Source of the DNA: a virus | Lineage: Duplodnaviria; Heunggongvirae; Uroviricota; Caudoviricetes | Reading direction: 5' to 3' (one strand) | DNA: 46,396 nt | IMG/VR virus record: IMGVR_UViG_3300043451_000039 | Location: 128,001-174,396 of that record | Part shown: in pieces, positions 24,878-34,726 of the stretch | Numbering within the stretch: the first letter of the stretch is position 1 | Layout of the letters: each line of letters begins with the position of its first letter | The notes under the pieces: model-generated | Database searches by the model: none | What the model was told of the DNA's origin: nothing | Seen by the model: only the letters and a program-made list of their open reading frames with translations | Program-made: the position numbers and the translations under genes

Positions 24878-26677
24878 TTATCCCTCGCATGCTAAGCATT
24901 CGTTAGCATCCCCTGTTAATGCGTGTAAGTCAATCTCTTTAATAACTTCACGTTCGATTCGTTTTGAAACTTTGTCAGCCTTCGCGATCTTATCAGAACG
25001 GCAGTAGTACATAGTCTTCAAACCTTGCTTCCATGCTTGGAAGTGAACAGCATGGATATACTTGATGTGACTATCTGGTCGGAAAAACACATTCAATGAT
25101 TGGGCTTGGTCTATATATACTTGCCTATCTGCTGCGTGTTGGACGACCCATCGCTGGTCGATTTCCATAGAAGTCTTGAAAACATTTTTTGTCCACTCGT
25201 CCATCCAATCGATGTGCTGAACGCTACCATCATTCGCAATGATGCTCGACCATACTTCATCTGCCCAACCCTCTTTATGATTGACTGCTTCTTTTTGGAT
25301 GATTCCATCTAGATACCTGTTCTTGTTTAGGTGAGAACCCGATAAAGTATCCTGGCGATAAGCATTGGCACGATAAGGTTCAATAGAAGGACTAGTGTTG
25401 CCCATAAGAATGGAAGAAGAAGCATTGGGAGCAATAGCCATAAGATGACTAAAGCGATTACCAGTACCCACTGCATCAGGCGCTTCACCTCGTTCCAATC
25501 CCAACTTCTTGTTCGCTTCATCTAACTTTCCTCTTACATAAGCAAAAATTTGTTTATTCTTTCCTACTGCTTGTGGGCTTTCCCATGGTAGATTGTTTCG
25601 CTGTAGAAAAGCATGCCAACCCAAAGCCCCGATACCAATGCTGCGCTCACGTAGGGCAGAGTACTTTGCACGCTTAATGGTGGAAGGAGCATGATCAATG
25701 AAATACTGAAGAACATTGTCAAGCATTTCTGCAACATCAGCAAGAAATAGAGGATCGTTTTTCCAGTCATCATAATATTCCAAGTTTAAAGAAGACAAAC
25801 AACATACTGCTGTTCTCTTTTCGTTAGTCGGCAAAATAATTTCTGAACACAAATTAGATTGATGAACCTTTAAACCTTTATCCTTCAACCATTGTGGCAA
25901 CTTACGGTTTGATTCATCAATGTAGTGAATATATGGTTCACCAGTCTGCATACGCATTTCTAGAATACGCTGCCATAATTCTTTGGCTGAAACTCTTTCA
26001 CGAATTTCATTTGATGCTGGGTCAATTAAATCCCAACCATCATCAGCATGATCATCAACCATACAGCGTTCAATAATTTCCATGAATGCGTCAGGGATAT
26101 TAATACCATGATGCATGTTTAGAGTGCGCATGTTCTGGTCGCCCGTAGGCTTACGCATCTCTAAGAAGTTGATAATATCAGGATGGCTAATGTCAAGGTA
26201 AGCAGCATAACTACCTCTGCGAGTACGACCCTGGCGGAATGCCAAAGAACTTGCGTCGTACATTTTGAGGTGAGGCATAACACCAGTAGATTTATCATCT
26301 GCTGAACGAATACCAAAACCAATACCAACCCCACCACCAAGCATAGATAGCCAATTAGTTTCGCTAAGATTATCAACTAAACCCTCCGAAGTATCTTCAA
26401 TGTAGTTAAGGAAACATGATATAGGCATACCACGCTTGCTGCGACCAAAAGAAAGAATGGGAGTAGAATAACTGAGCCAATGCTTACTACTGTATTCATA
26501 GAGTCTCTGCGCATGCTCTTCATTACTCCCAAAGGTTTTAGAAACAAAAGCGAATCTCTCTTGAGGACTCACTTCTTCATCTTTCATGTAACTTTCTTTT
26601 AATCTTAATTTACCTAGTTCATCAAACAAACCATCACGTGTGTAATCTACTTTTATGCCATGCACAATGTCATTCAT
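24878..26677 (-). CDS. nrdA: ribonucleotide reductase class Ia alpha subunit
   Basis: SCF, SNLCSEI, APNASSS, YY, C-terminal CLAC. Confidence 0.97.
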   Translation of the reverse strand: MNDIVHGIKVDYTRDGLFDELGKLRLKESYMKDEEVSPQERFAFVSKTFGSNEEHAQRLYEYSSKHWLSYSTPILSFGRSKRGMPISCFLNYIEDTSEGLVDNLSETNWLSMLGGGVGIGFGIRSADDKSTGVMPHLKMYDASSLAFRQGRTRRGSYAAYLDISHPDIINFLEMRKPTGDQNMRTLNMHHGINIPDAFMEIIERCMVDDHADDGWDLIDPASNEIRERVSAKELWQRILEMRMQTGEPYIHYIDESNRKLPQWLKDKGLKVHQSNLCSEIILPTNEKRTAVCCLSSLNLEYYDDWKNDPLFLADVAEMLDNVLQYFIDHAPSTIKRAKYSALRERSIGIGALGWHAFLQRNNLPWESPQAVGKNKQIFAYVRGKLDEANKKLGLERGEAPDAVGTGNRFSHLMAIAPNASSSILMGNTSPSIEPYRANAYRQDTLSGSHLNKNRYLDGIIQKEAVNHKEGWADEVWSSIIANDGSVQHIDWMDEWTKNVFKTSMEIDQRWVVQHAADRQVYIDQAQSLNVFFRPDSHIKYIHAVHFQAWKQGLKTMYYCRSDKIAKADKVSKRIEREVIKEIDLHALTGDANECLACEG

Positions 26678-26694
26678 ACTTGCCCCATTTATTA

Positions 26695-27363
26695 TTATTG
26701 TTTTGTTAATTCTTTTGCTAGAGGAAATACCTCAGCAATTACCTTTGCACATTCAAGTGCTACTTCTTGGTGTTCCTTTTGTGTTCCATTGCCAGAGCGG
26801 AGTTCAATAAAGTGAATCCAGCTGCGCAATGTACCATTCATGTATAAGCGAGAAACAGTAAGTCCTTCTGGCAGTACTGCTCTTGCTTGCTCTTTAGCAA
26901 TTCCATTTTGGATTGCCCAAGCATACGCTTCCTCAGCTTCTTTGATCACTCGCTTTTGTCTTTCTTCCCACCAAGCAGCCAATGCTAGATTTGTATTCTC
27001 AACACTATTTTGACGATTCTTCGTATCTTGGAGTCGGGCTTCCCTAAGGACGAAAGATAAGTCTTTTGTTGGATCAGCATATCGTTGGCTGAATTCTTGA
27101 AACGAGAAAGAGCGGTGACGCAAAATCTGTCTTGCGATGTCACGAGTAGTTTCAATTTCTAAACACGCACTGACCATTTCTAATGGTGACCAGTGTTGAT
27201 GTTTAATCAAATACTTAATTAACTTCTCTGATGTATCTGTGTTGAACTGATTGCTTGGATTACTAACACGAGCGCAGAACGCAATTAACTCCTGCACATC
27301 CATCAAACCCTCACCATACATTTCGGTAGAGGGTTTGCTATAACTAATTAATTTCACACGCAT
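26695..27363 (-). CDS. thyX: flavin-dependent thymidylate synthase
   Basis: RHRSFSFQEFSQRY. Confidence 0.97.
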   Translation of the reverse strand: MRVKLISYSKPSTEMYGEGLMDVQELIAFCARVSNPSNQFNTDTSEKLIKYLIKHQHWSPLEMVSACLEIETTRDIARQILRHRSFSFQEFSQRYADPTKDLSFVLREARLQDTKNRQNSVENTNLALAAWWEERQKRVIKEAEEAYAWAIQNGIAKEQARAVLPEGLTVSRLYMNGTLRSWIHFIELRSGNGTQKEHQEVALECAKVIAEVFPLAKELTKQ

Positions 27364-27365
27364 TA

Positions 27366-27959
27366 TTAAATCTCAATTTTGGTAGACGCTTTAAGTTTAT
27401 CTTCTTCAGTAAAGTTGATAGAAGCGCCAGTCGCTGCATAAGAAGCTGTATAAGCAGACAATGTTTGCATTGAGTCGTAGATATTACCACGAGCAATGTT
27501 CATAGTCTTACCAGCCATAACACCAACTGAACCAGAAACTGTTTCAACAGCATCAAAGTTTGCGCCAAGGAACAGAACTTCCCACTTCTTATCTTCAAAT
27601 TGTTTAACACGAGCCTTGATAGCAGCTTGTGTATATTCATGAGAAGCATTCTCATAACCATCAGTCATAACAACAAGAACAGTTTTCTTGGCATTATCTT
27701 CTTCGGCTTGAGTCATAATCTTACCGCATGAATCATAGAGAGGTGTGCCACCACGAGGTTGAACTTCTTCAGTAGTTACAGCATCCCATTCCTTTGCTTT
27801 ACAATCGCGAATAACATCGTGACTGATAGAGTCAAATACAGCAAGATGAACTTTATCAGACATCTTTAGGGTATCAATATAACCATTGATAGAACCAATC
27901 GCTTCATCCCAGAGTGACGCCATAGAGCCACTACGATCTAACAAAATATATACATTCAT
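27366..27959 (-). CDS. vWA domain protein
   Basis: DRSGSM, TPLYD, TDG.EN.S; start trimmed. Confidence 0.88.
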   Translation of the reverse strand: MNVYILLDRSGSMASLWDEAIGSINGYIDTLKMSDKVHLAVFDSISHDVIRDCKAKEWDAVTTEEVQPRGGTPLYDSCGKIMTQAEEDNAKKTVLVVMTDGYENASHEYTQAAIKARVKQFEDKKWEVLFLGANFDAVETVSGSVGVMAGKTMNIARGNIYDSMQTLSAYTASYAATGASINFTEEDKLKASTKIEI

Positions 27960-27970
27960 TTTAAAATCCT

Positions 27971-29002
27971 TTAAATCTTTTTCCATGTGGAAAATCTAAG
28001 TTTCGCCTCAATACCCGTGAAGGTATTTGTATTTATCAACTCGACAATCTCATCAGGTGTCATTTTACCATCTAAAATCATTTCGTTAATATCTTTCTGT
28101 TCAACATGTTCGGGAAACATACAAACAGAATAACCTGCCTCAATGTTCTTCTCTAAGAATTTAGTAATCTCTTTAGAGCGAGGCTCATTGTCCATTACGA
28201 TTGTTGCGTTAGCAAGCAGCCTACGAATAGTAGGGGTATCAAAACTTGCTCCTGAAACAGCCACTGCATTCGGTAGAAACAGCGAGTCAATTGGTCCTTC
28301 AACAACATAAATGCGTCTTCCATAATCAATGCGATCAAGTCCATAAATCTTCTCCTGTGTTTCATCAACCTTAATGGTATAATACTTAGGTTCTTCTTTA
28401 CCATATGCCCTGCCTTGAAAAGCAAAACATTTACCTGCTGGTGTAAAGTATGGGATGATCATTCGTGGATGTTCATCTTGAATTGGCTCTTGGAACTTAG
28501 CAGTAACTGAGTTAGTGAATGCTTTGAACTTCGGAGCAAAATACAAAAGATTCCATTTATCTTTTGGAATCTTTCTTTTAACTACATACTGAACCGCAGG
28601 GTGTGTTAGTGGTAGTGTGTCTAACCGAGACAAACTTGAGAGGATATCATCCTCAAGCAATTCTTCTATTTTAGTTTCTAGTGTGACGCTTGTTTCTTTA
28701 ACGTCTTTGTGATCATGATGCTTTGATGCGCCAGCTTTGTAGCGTTCAAGAACATATTCATCATAAAGTTTAGAATCAACATACTTGATAAGGTTACCAA
28801 GATTAGTGCCATAATTACAGTTGTGACATTTCACGAACAAGTCTTGATTAGTTCGGTAGATATATCCACGAGCCTTTAATTTGTTCTTTGAAGAATCGCC
28901 ACAAACTGGACAAGAGAAATTCCAAAGATAGTCTTTCTTTTGTTTAAAGTTTCGGAGACGACCTCCTAAAATACCTGCGTATTTTGTATCAATGTATAAC
29001 AT
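27971..29002 (-). CDS. DNA primase (T4 gp61)
   Basis: CPVCGDS..CHNC zinc finger, EGPIDS, D.EPR, KDIN; start trimmed to MLYID. Confidence 0.96.
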   Translation of the reverse strand: MLYIDTKYAGILGGRLRNFKQKKDYLWNFSCPVCGDSSKNKLKARGYIYRTNQDLFVKCHNCNYGTNLGNLIKYVDSKLYDEYVLERYKAGASKHHDHKDVKETSVTLETKIEELLEDDILSSLSRLDTLPLTHPAVQYVVKRKIPKDKWNLLYFAPKFKAFTNSVTAKFQEPIQDEHPRMIIPYFTPAGKCFAFQGRAYGKEEPKYYTIKVDETQEKIYGLDRIDYGRRIYVVEGPIDSLFLPNAVAVSGASFDTPTIRRLLANATIVMDNEPRSKEITKFLEKNIEAGYSVCMFPEHVEQKDINEMILDGKMTPDEIVELINTNTFTGIEAKLRFSTWKKI

Positions 29003-29025
29003 AATAAACTCCACTCATAAGGTAT

Positions 29026-29054
29026 ATTATACCCCATAAGTGATTGCAAAGCAA
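29026..29054 (-). promoter_or_regulatory. early/middle-type promoter for the primase-thyX-nrd genes
   Basis: TTGCTT-N17-TATAAT. Confidence 0.6.
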
Positions 29055-29056
29055 AA

Positions 29057-29380
29057 TTATTTGCCGAAGATTTTACTTACAACTTCTAAGTGTCCGATTA
29101 GGTAACCGCAAACAATTGCGCCACCAACGATCATCCAACGCCATCTCTCAAGAATATCAACACGACCTTTAACTTCGTCCATTGTGGACTTAAGAGTATC
29201 ATGCTGCGCTTTGTCAGATTTTGCAAGTGCATCAATCTTCTCGTCTAACTTATCCATAATCTCACGATTACCTGTAGTTATACGAGAGTGCAGTTCTTTA
29301 ATGTCTTGTTTGACATCTGCCACGTCTTCTTTGATACCTTCTACTTGCGTTTCCAATTTGGCTATTCTCTCAGAATCCAT
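29057..29380 (-). CDS. coiled-coil protein with C-terminal TM segment (lysis-associated?)
   Basis: Heptads then one TM; follows the spanins. Confidence 0.7.
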   Translation of the reverse strand: MDSERIAKLETQVEGIKEDVADVKQDIKELHSRITTGNREIMDKLDEKIDALAKSDKAQHDTLKSTMDEVKGRVDILERWRWMIVGGAIVCGYLIGHLEVVSKIFGK

Positions 29381-29381
29381 T

Positions 29382-29645
29382 TTACTTTACCGACTCAAAT
29401 ATTTGTTTTTGGGATTTGTACCAATCGACCCAAGTATCAACTTTGATACGGCATTCGTGGTATTGTGCGTAATTGTCAGTAACAACTTTCAGAACTTCGC
29501 TCAACTTGGTAGTCTCGCTAGTTTGTTGTAAGTCAGGACATGATTCCATAAGTTCAGCGGGAACTTGTGGAAAATTTCTTTTAACTGGTGTAGCTACACA
29601 ACCAACTAATAATACTAAAGGTAGAATTAATAAAAGTTTTTTCAT
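29382..29645 (-). CDS. o-spanin (Rz1-like lipoprotein)
   Basis: Lipobox LVGC, Pro-rich, extra Cys. Confidence 0.8.
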   Translation of the reverse strand: MKKLLLILPLVLLVGCVATPVKRNFPQVPAELMESCPDLQQTSETTKLSEVLKVVTDNYAQYHECRIKVDTWVDWYKSQKQIFESVK

Positions 29646-30091
29646 TTCACAACCTTTGGTGATTTCGCAGCGTCATTAATAATAGTAATTGCTTCTGGGA
29701 TGACTTCACATTTAACATCCATTTTAGCAGCTTCTTTGATTATCTTTTCTTGAACAACTATCTTAGTATCAGTAACAACCTTAACTCGGTCAACATATAC
29801 TTTCTGAATAGCAGTATTTGTTTCTTTAGATTGTTGTTCAGCAACAGAAACTTTGGCTTCTAGTTCCCTAACTCTTTCACGCCACTTCATTTCTGTTGAG
29901 TATGCGCCAAAGAAATATACTCCAGAGATTGCTAAGATAGAACCTGTTGCTTGTATAGCAAGGCGATATGGTTTAGCAGCTGGGAATAGGTTAAGGAAGA
30001 AGCTGAACGCAAACATTGCGATACCAGAAAACAATATCACAACGATGGCGAAATATAACAAGCTGTCAGGCAGCAATGACAAGAGCCACAT
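29642..30091 (-). CDS. i-spanin (Rz-like)
   Basis: N-terminal TMs, coiled coil, C-terminal Cys; overlaps the o-spanin. Confidence 0.75.
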   Translation of the reverse strand: MWLLSLLPDSLLYFAIVVILFSGIAMFAFSFFLNLFPAAKPYRLAIQATGSILAISGVYFFGAYSTEMKWRERVRELEAKVSVAEQQSKETNTAIQKVYVDRVKVVTDTKIVVQEKIIKEAAKMDVKCEVIPEAITIINDAAKSPKVVK

Positions 30092-30092
30092 T

Positions 30093-30626
30093 TTATTTAA
30101 TCTCTTTAAGTGCTAGTGGTGAACGACGAGCCATACCAATGATTGGTTTCTTTTTGCTCTTCGGATCTATCTTAGGTTCTTGTGTAGCAACTGGACCAGA
30201 AGTGTTATTGGTTGGTGCACCACCAACTCCCATACCATCTTCTTTTAAATACTTACCAACTAGAATCTCTTCTTCAACTAAATGAACATTAGATTCCATA
30301 ATCTTATTGAACTTTGCCTGCATTTGGGATGTAGTTCTTGAACCACTTTCATAGTGTTCCTTAACTAACCAAAGGGCAGCAGCCATACTCTTCAAGCGAT
30401 TGTCACCACCTGGAAGTTTAGCAAGCAATCGTTTCATGTTAAACACTAAACGATTTAAATAACTATATGCGTTACGCTCAGCATCAGTAGAGAACTGATT
30501 AGATTTGCGTAAGTTGTTGCCGTGCGCATCAATGATACCGAGTTTGAATGCTTCGGTTTCAGTGAAGGGTTTTACTAACATCGCAATAATTTTAAATGCG
30601 ATAATGTTGTCTACAATACGGCTCAT
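30093..30626 (-). CDS. conserved T4-like hypothetical protein
   Basis: AFKLGIID..G..L..RLVFNMKR. Confidence 0.75.
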   Translation of the reverse strand: MSRIVDNIIAFKIIAMLVKPFTETEAFKLGIIDAHGNNLRKSNQFSTDAERNAYSYLNRLVFNMKRLLAKLPGGDNRLKSMAAALWLVKEHYESGSRTTSQMQAKFNKIMESNVHLVEEEILVGKYLKEDGMGVGGAPTNNTSGPVATQEPKIDPKSKKKPIIGMARRSPLALKEIK

Positions 30627-31003
30627 TAAATTTTCCTTAGAGTTGAGATTATTGTCTCATCCAATACAACTTCAGATAACTTGATTCCATATTCTGGAAT
30701 CTCTTCAGGCATCCTGTCAAGGTAAACCAAGAAGGTTACCAATGCGTCCCAACAACTTTCGTCTACTTTAAAGAAAAGCATCTTCGTAGTAGCATCACCG
30801 AAAAGATTATAAAGAACAATGATATGGTTTAAGATTAATCGTTCTTTTAGATCGCCATTGTTTTTGTATCTAGAAATTAACTTCTTTAAATATAAAAACT
30901 TTTTTAGATCGTCTTCGAATTCGCTTAAACTATAACACTGAGTGTTATCATAATGATGCATAGCATGTAGCAAAAAATTCGATTCATTTAACTGTTCATT
31001 CAC
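30626..31003 (-). CDS. conserved T4-like hypothetical protein
   Basis: Y.N..C....EF.DDLK..LKERLILNH. Confidence 0.8.
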   Translation of the reverse strand: MNEQLNESNFLLHAMHHYDNTQCYSLSEFEDDLKKFLYLKKLISRYKNNGDLKERLILNHIIVLYNLFGDATTKMLFFKVDESCWDALVTFLVYLDRMPEEIPEYGIKLSEVVLDETIISTLRKI

Positions 31004-31024
31004 ACCATAATACCTTCAAGAAGT

Positions 31025-31047
31025 GAAGGGGGACCAACTCCCCCTTC
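31025..31047 (-). terminator. possible terminator hairpin
   Basis: GAAGGGGGA-N5-TCCCCCTTC with a weak U tract. Confidence 0.45.
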
Positions 31048-31062
31048 TACATAATCTATTTA

Positions 31063-32058
31063 TTAATTGTCTGCGAATTGAATATCGTCAGCAGCGTCGC
31101 CGTTGATTGAACCACCAGCAACTAAAGTTTCATAGAACACACGACCAGCACGACCGCCAGTACCAACAGTACGACGAACCCAACCAGTGTGAGTAACTTG
31201 AGTACCACCTGCGCCAGAACCTAGTGCAGCTTGAACAGTAGCAGTAGTTTCATCTAGCAAGTCAAAGTACTGAGCATTGTTACCAGTGCCAGTCAAGTTG
31301 ACAGCAGTACCAGCAGTTGCGTTTTCAGCAGTAGTTGCTACTTTGAAAGTATTATCGCCAGTAACGATAGCATAGTAAGTAGTGCCAGAAGTTAGACCAG
31401 TAAGAGTAGTAGAACCACCATTGCTGTAGCGAATACGATCACCAGTTGCTAAACCATGACCAGTGTAAGTGATAACTTCAGTAGAAGTGCTTACGCCAGA
31501 AGTTGGGATAGTGCGACGTGGCACATCAACATAAACATCTGGAATAGCAGAATATGCGCCAGCACCAGTAATGGTGATAACACTAACTGAACCACCAGAA
31601 ATAGCAGCAGTAGCTGTTTGCGTACCAGAAGCGAAAGTTACGTTTGGAACTTCTTTGTAACCAGTACCAGCGTTAACAACAGCAACTTCAACTACGTCAT
31701 TGCTACCTTGATAAACTTCTTCAACGTCTACGCCGAATACTTTGCTAGAGTTACCAGATGCGCCGATACCACTGTCAGTAGATTCGTGAGCAACATAGGC
31801 TGGCTTCTCAGATAAAGTATATGATGAACTAGAAACAGTAGTAACAGTGCCGTTACCATTGTTTGTACCCATGATTACTTTAGCAGCTGTGTCGCTAGTA
31901 ATGTCAACGATTTGATACTCAACACCACCAGCTTTGATAGTGTTACCAACTTTTGCTTGAGTAGTAAAAGCAGTGCTAGAACCAGTAACTACGCCAGTAT
32001 CGGCGATGCTGATAGTTCCGCTAGCAGTTTTACTATCTTTATTTCCCCATAGTGCCAT
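31063..32058 (-). CDS. virion structural protein (Thr/Gly-rich, beta-rich)
   Basis: MALWG N-terminus, H.GWV..R...ETLVA C-terminus, HGL.TGD...Y module; TAAATA late-like site upstream. Confidence 0.7.
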   Translation of the reverse strand: MALWGNKDSKTASGTISIADTGVVTGSSTAFTTQAKVGNTIKAGGVEYQIVDITSDTAAKVIMGTNNGNGTVTTVSSSSYTLSEKPAYVAHESTDSGIGASGNSSKVFGVDVEEVYQGSNDVVEVAVVNAGTGYKEVPNVTFASGTQTATAAISGGSVSVITITGAGAYSAIPDVYVDVPRRTIPTSGVSTSTEVITYTGHGLATGDRIRYSNGGSTTLTGLTSGTTYYAIVTGDNTFKVATTAENATAGTAVNLTGTGNNAQYFDLLDETTATVQAALGSGAGGTQVTHTGWVRRTVGTGGRAGRVFYETLVAGGSINGDAADDIQFADN

Positions 32059-32094
32059 TTTTATTCTCCTTGAATTTGGACTTTTATTTATTTA

Positions 32095-34437
32095 TTAAGA
32101 TGCAGCTTTTGGCTGACGACGCTTATATGAACCAACGCTTTGACCAATCTTACGACCAGCAGCTTTCTTTTCTGGTTTCTTCATATCGTCTTTAGTTTCA
32201 AAAGCACCTTCTGGATCTTCATAGCTGGCGCCATAAGATTTACCTTGAATCTTGCGTGATGGTAAGTCTGCCATTTTAATCTCATCTAATGATTCAGCTT
32301 CTTCCTTGCGCAACATAGCGAAGTCTTGAGAATCTAACTTATTATTATGATTCTTGTCCAACTTCTTTTGTTTACCAATTAGTTTCTCATCTAGTGATTG
32401 TAAGAATTCTTTATAAGATTTCATAGTTTCCTCTTTTTTAACTTTTGTTTTTTTGATTTCTGGATCGGGTACATGGTACTCATCATCTTCACGTGGGCGA
32501 CGACCGAAACCAGTACGATTGTCTTCATAGCGTTCTTCTACCTTTTCAACTTCCTTTGGTCTATAATACTTCATAAACTTTTCGAAGTCTTTCTTGATAT
32601 GCTCATGGTCATCTTCTTTGCCAGCTAACTTAGCACCAAAGCCAGAATCCAAATAATGTTTAACAGTCTTGTCATCACCATCAGTTAGGTTCTTAACATG
32701 AGCGTGTAGTTCTTCATACTTATCATCAGCAGTAGGGACAGTTCCGTGATAGCCAGCACCTGGGTTACCAGTAGATGCTTCATGAACTTCACCACGAGAA
32801 ATAGCACGACCAATTGCTTTGTTCATTTGCTGTCTATTTTTATGGCCAGTATCAGCTGGAGTCATACCTAAATCTTGATTAACACGTGCACCTTTAGAAG
32901 CAGCCATTAGGTTTTTATAAGTCTTATTGCGACGAGCCTGTTGTGACTTCTCATCAAGGGCTTCTACTTCTTCTTTGCAAGTATTAGTTGGGTGACCATT
33001 AATTGGCTTGCTCTTTTCTTTATGAGCCTTATGTTCTGGTGTACCTTTAATATATTTGCGAGCAATAGTTGGCGCAACTGGAGCCTGTTCTTTAACAGTT
33101 TTCTTTTTAACTGTCTCAAACTTCTCATGATGTGGTTCTTCACCAGCAGCATTTACTTTATCAATGTCAACAGTTTTCTTTTCTTCACGAACTGTATTTG
33201 GTTCATTCTGTCCTTGGAAGAATTTAAACCCTTTGATTTTCTTGCCCATAGTTGTATCCTTTGCAGTTGATGCTGTTGGAGCAGAAGTTTGAGTATCAAT
33301 CTTGTCTGTTCCATTTGGTTGTTCAGTGCCCTCTTTAATACTTGCTTTAGCGGCCATGTAAGCGCCAATAGCCATCTTGCGTCGTTCTGCTTTAGATTTG
33401 TTATTGAAGCGAGGATTAGTTGACTTGATGAAGTCATTAATATAAGCACCTGCGCCCATGTCTGGATGTAAAGTTTCAGTCATATGCTTAATCTTAGCAT
33501 GACGTGGGTGCATAGGTTGATCTGGGTCATGTAGACCACTAGAATTACCACCCAGTAATGCAGCAACTTGATCTTTGAAACGCTTTAATTGTTTTGTTCT
33601 ATCGTCTTGTTGATCAACAGTTTCTTCCTTAACTGGTTTCTTCTCAGCTTCTTTACGCTCACGCTCAAGACGTTCTTGTTTAGCCATCTTTGACATTCTC
33701 TTGTTGAATGATGGTTTCTTCCAGTATGGAGTTGTTTCTTCTTTAATATTCATACCTTTACGCACATCGTGATACATTGCGTCCTTATGTTCTGGTTTCA
33801 TTTTAGATGGAGCACCAGCATGGAATGCTTCTTTATTACCAGAAGCAGCATGCTCACGCATTTTGCTAGCAGAGATACCAGTAGTACCTTCTGAATCTGG
33901 ATCACGTTCACCAGAAGAATGAACAGTAATCTTCTTAAAGTTATAGTGACCATGAGCAGAATCTTTACCATTATACTTATGAAGTAAATTATGCATCTCT
34001 TCATGGCGGTCAGAACCAGCAACTACGTGTAAGTGAGTAGCGCCAGCCTTGTGTGCTGCTGCGGCATGGTGGAGGATTGTTGGAGCCTCTTTGCTAGCTG
34101 AACTAACATTAGTTTCAGGGAATGCGTTCTTAGCATGTTTAACTTTTTGATCACCACTTAATGGGTTTTTCTTAGCGTCTTGGCTATGAGAAACAACAAC
34201 ATTGTGTGAGGCGCCATGTTCTTTAGCAACTGAATGAACTTTATTAACAACAGCCTCATGACCAGAAGTAATCGGATTCATACGACCAAACGCTAATACA
34301 TGATGTTTGTCAGCGCCAATTGGTTTTGTTGCTTCTTCTTTCACACAGCTCCCGTCAGCGCATGGTTTGGTTCCAGGTTTACGCTTGTAACCTTTCCAAC
34401 AATCGCATTTTTCTTTTAGTTCTTTATATGTTAACAT
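32095..34437 (-). CDS. HxGH nucleotidyltransferase (cytidyltransferase-like) domain plus long modular tail; likely internal head protein
   Basis: FGRMNPITSGH, VAGSDR, ISASKMR; many (L/I/V)xE sites. Confidence 0.8.
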   Translation of the reverse strand: MLTYKELKEKCDCWKGYKRKPGTKPCADGSCVKEEATKPIGADKHHVLAFGRMNPITSGHEAVVNKVHSVAKEHGASHNVVVSHSQDAKKNPLSGDQKVKHAKNAFPETNVSSASKEAPTILHHAAAAHKAGATHLHVVAGSDRHEEMHNLLHKYNGKDSAHGHYNFKKITVHSSGERDPDSEGTTGISASKMREHAASGNKEAFHAGAPSKMKPEHKDAMYHDVRKGMNIKEETTPYWKKPSFNKRMSKMAKQERLERERKEAEKKPVKEETVDQQDDRTKQLKRFKDQVAALLGGNSSGLHDPDQPMHPRHAKIKHMTETLHPDMGAGAYINDFIKSTNPRFNNKSKAERRKMAIGAYMAAKASIKEGTEQPNGTDKIDTQTSAPTASTAKDTTMGKKIKGFKFFQGQNEPNTVREEKKTVDIDKVNAAGEEPHHEKFETVKKKTVKEQAPVAPTIARKYIKGTPEHKAHKEKSKPINGHPTNTCKEEVEALDEKSQQARRNKTYKNLMAASKGARVNQDLGMTPADTGHKNRQQMNKAIGRAISRGEVHEASTGNPGAGYHGTVPTADDKYEELHAHVKNLTDGDDKTVKHYLDSGFGAKLAGKEDDHEHIKKDFEKFMKYYRPKEVEKVEERYEDNRTGFGRRPREDDEYHVPDPEIKKTKVKKEETMKSYKEFLQSLDEKLIGKQKKLDKNHNNKLDSQDFAMLRKEEAESLDEIKMADLPSRKIQGKSYGASYEDPEGAFETKDDMKKPEKKAAGRKIGQSVGSYKRRQPKAAS

Positions 34438-34438
34438 A

Positions 34439-34726
34439 TTAGCAATTCCATTTTCTTAATGCTAATGCTTTACGAGTTGGTTCACCATTAGGTTTCTTCA
34501 TTGGACCTTCAACACCAGACATTCTAGCGCAGAATGATTTTCTACGATTGGCAGCTTTGCTACCCTTCTTTAACTTAGATGGTGGTGTAGTGACTGCCAT
34601 TTTTAAATGACCACCAGTCTTACGATTGTAAGCGTCAACACCTTTCTGTGTTAAACCACCCTCAGAACTTTTATATCCTTTGGCATCGATAGCACGCTCA
34701 GTAATGTATTCTTTGAAAGATAGCAT
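34439..34726 (-). CDS. small basic conserved phage protein (DUF6321-like)
   Basis: GGLT.KG, RRKSFCARM, ALRKW.C. Confidence 0.75.
   Translation of the reverse strand: MLSFKEYITERAIDAKGYKSSEGGLTQKGVDAYNRKTGGHLKMAVTTPPSKLKKGSKAANRRKSFCARMSGVEGPMKKPNGEPTRKALALRKWNC

Noticed and set aside
23884-27363. Introns or inteins in nrdA, nrdB or thyX, given the nearby GIY-YIG gene
   Set aside because: All three ORFs are continuous and of normal length; the nuclease is free-standing.
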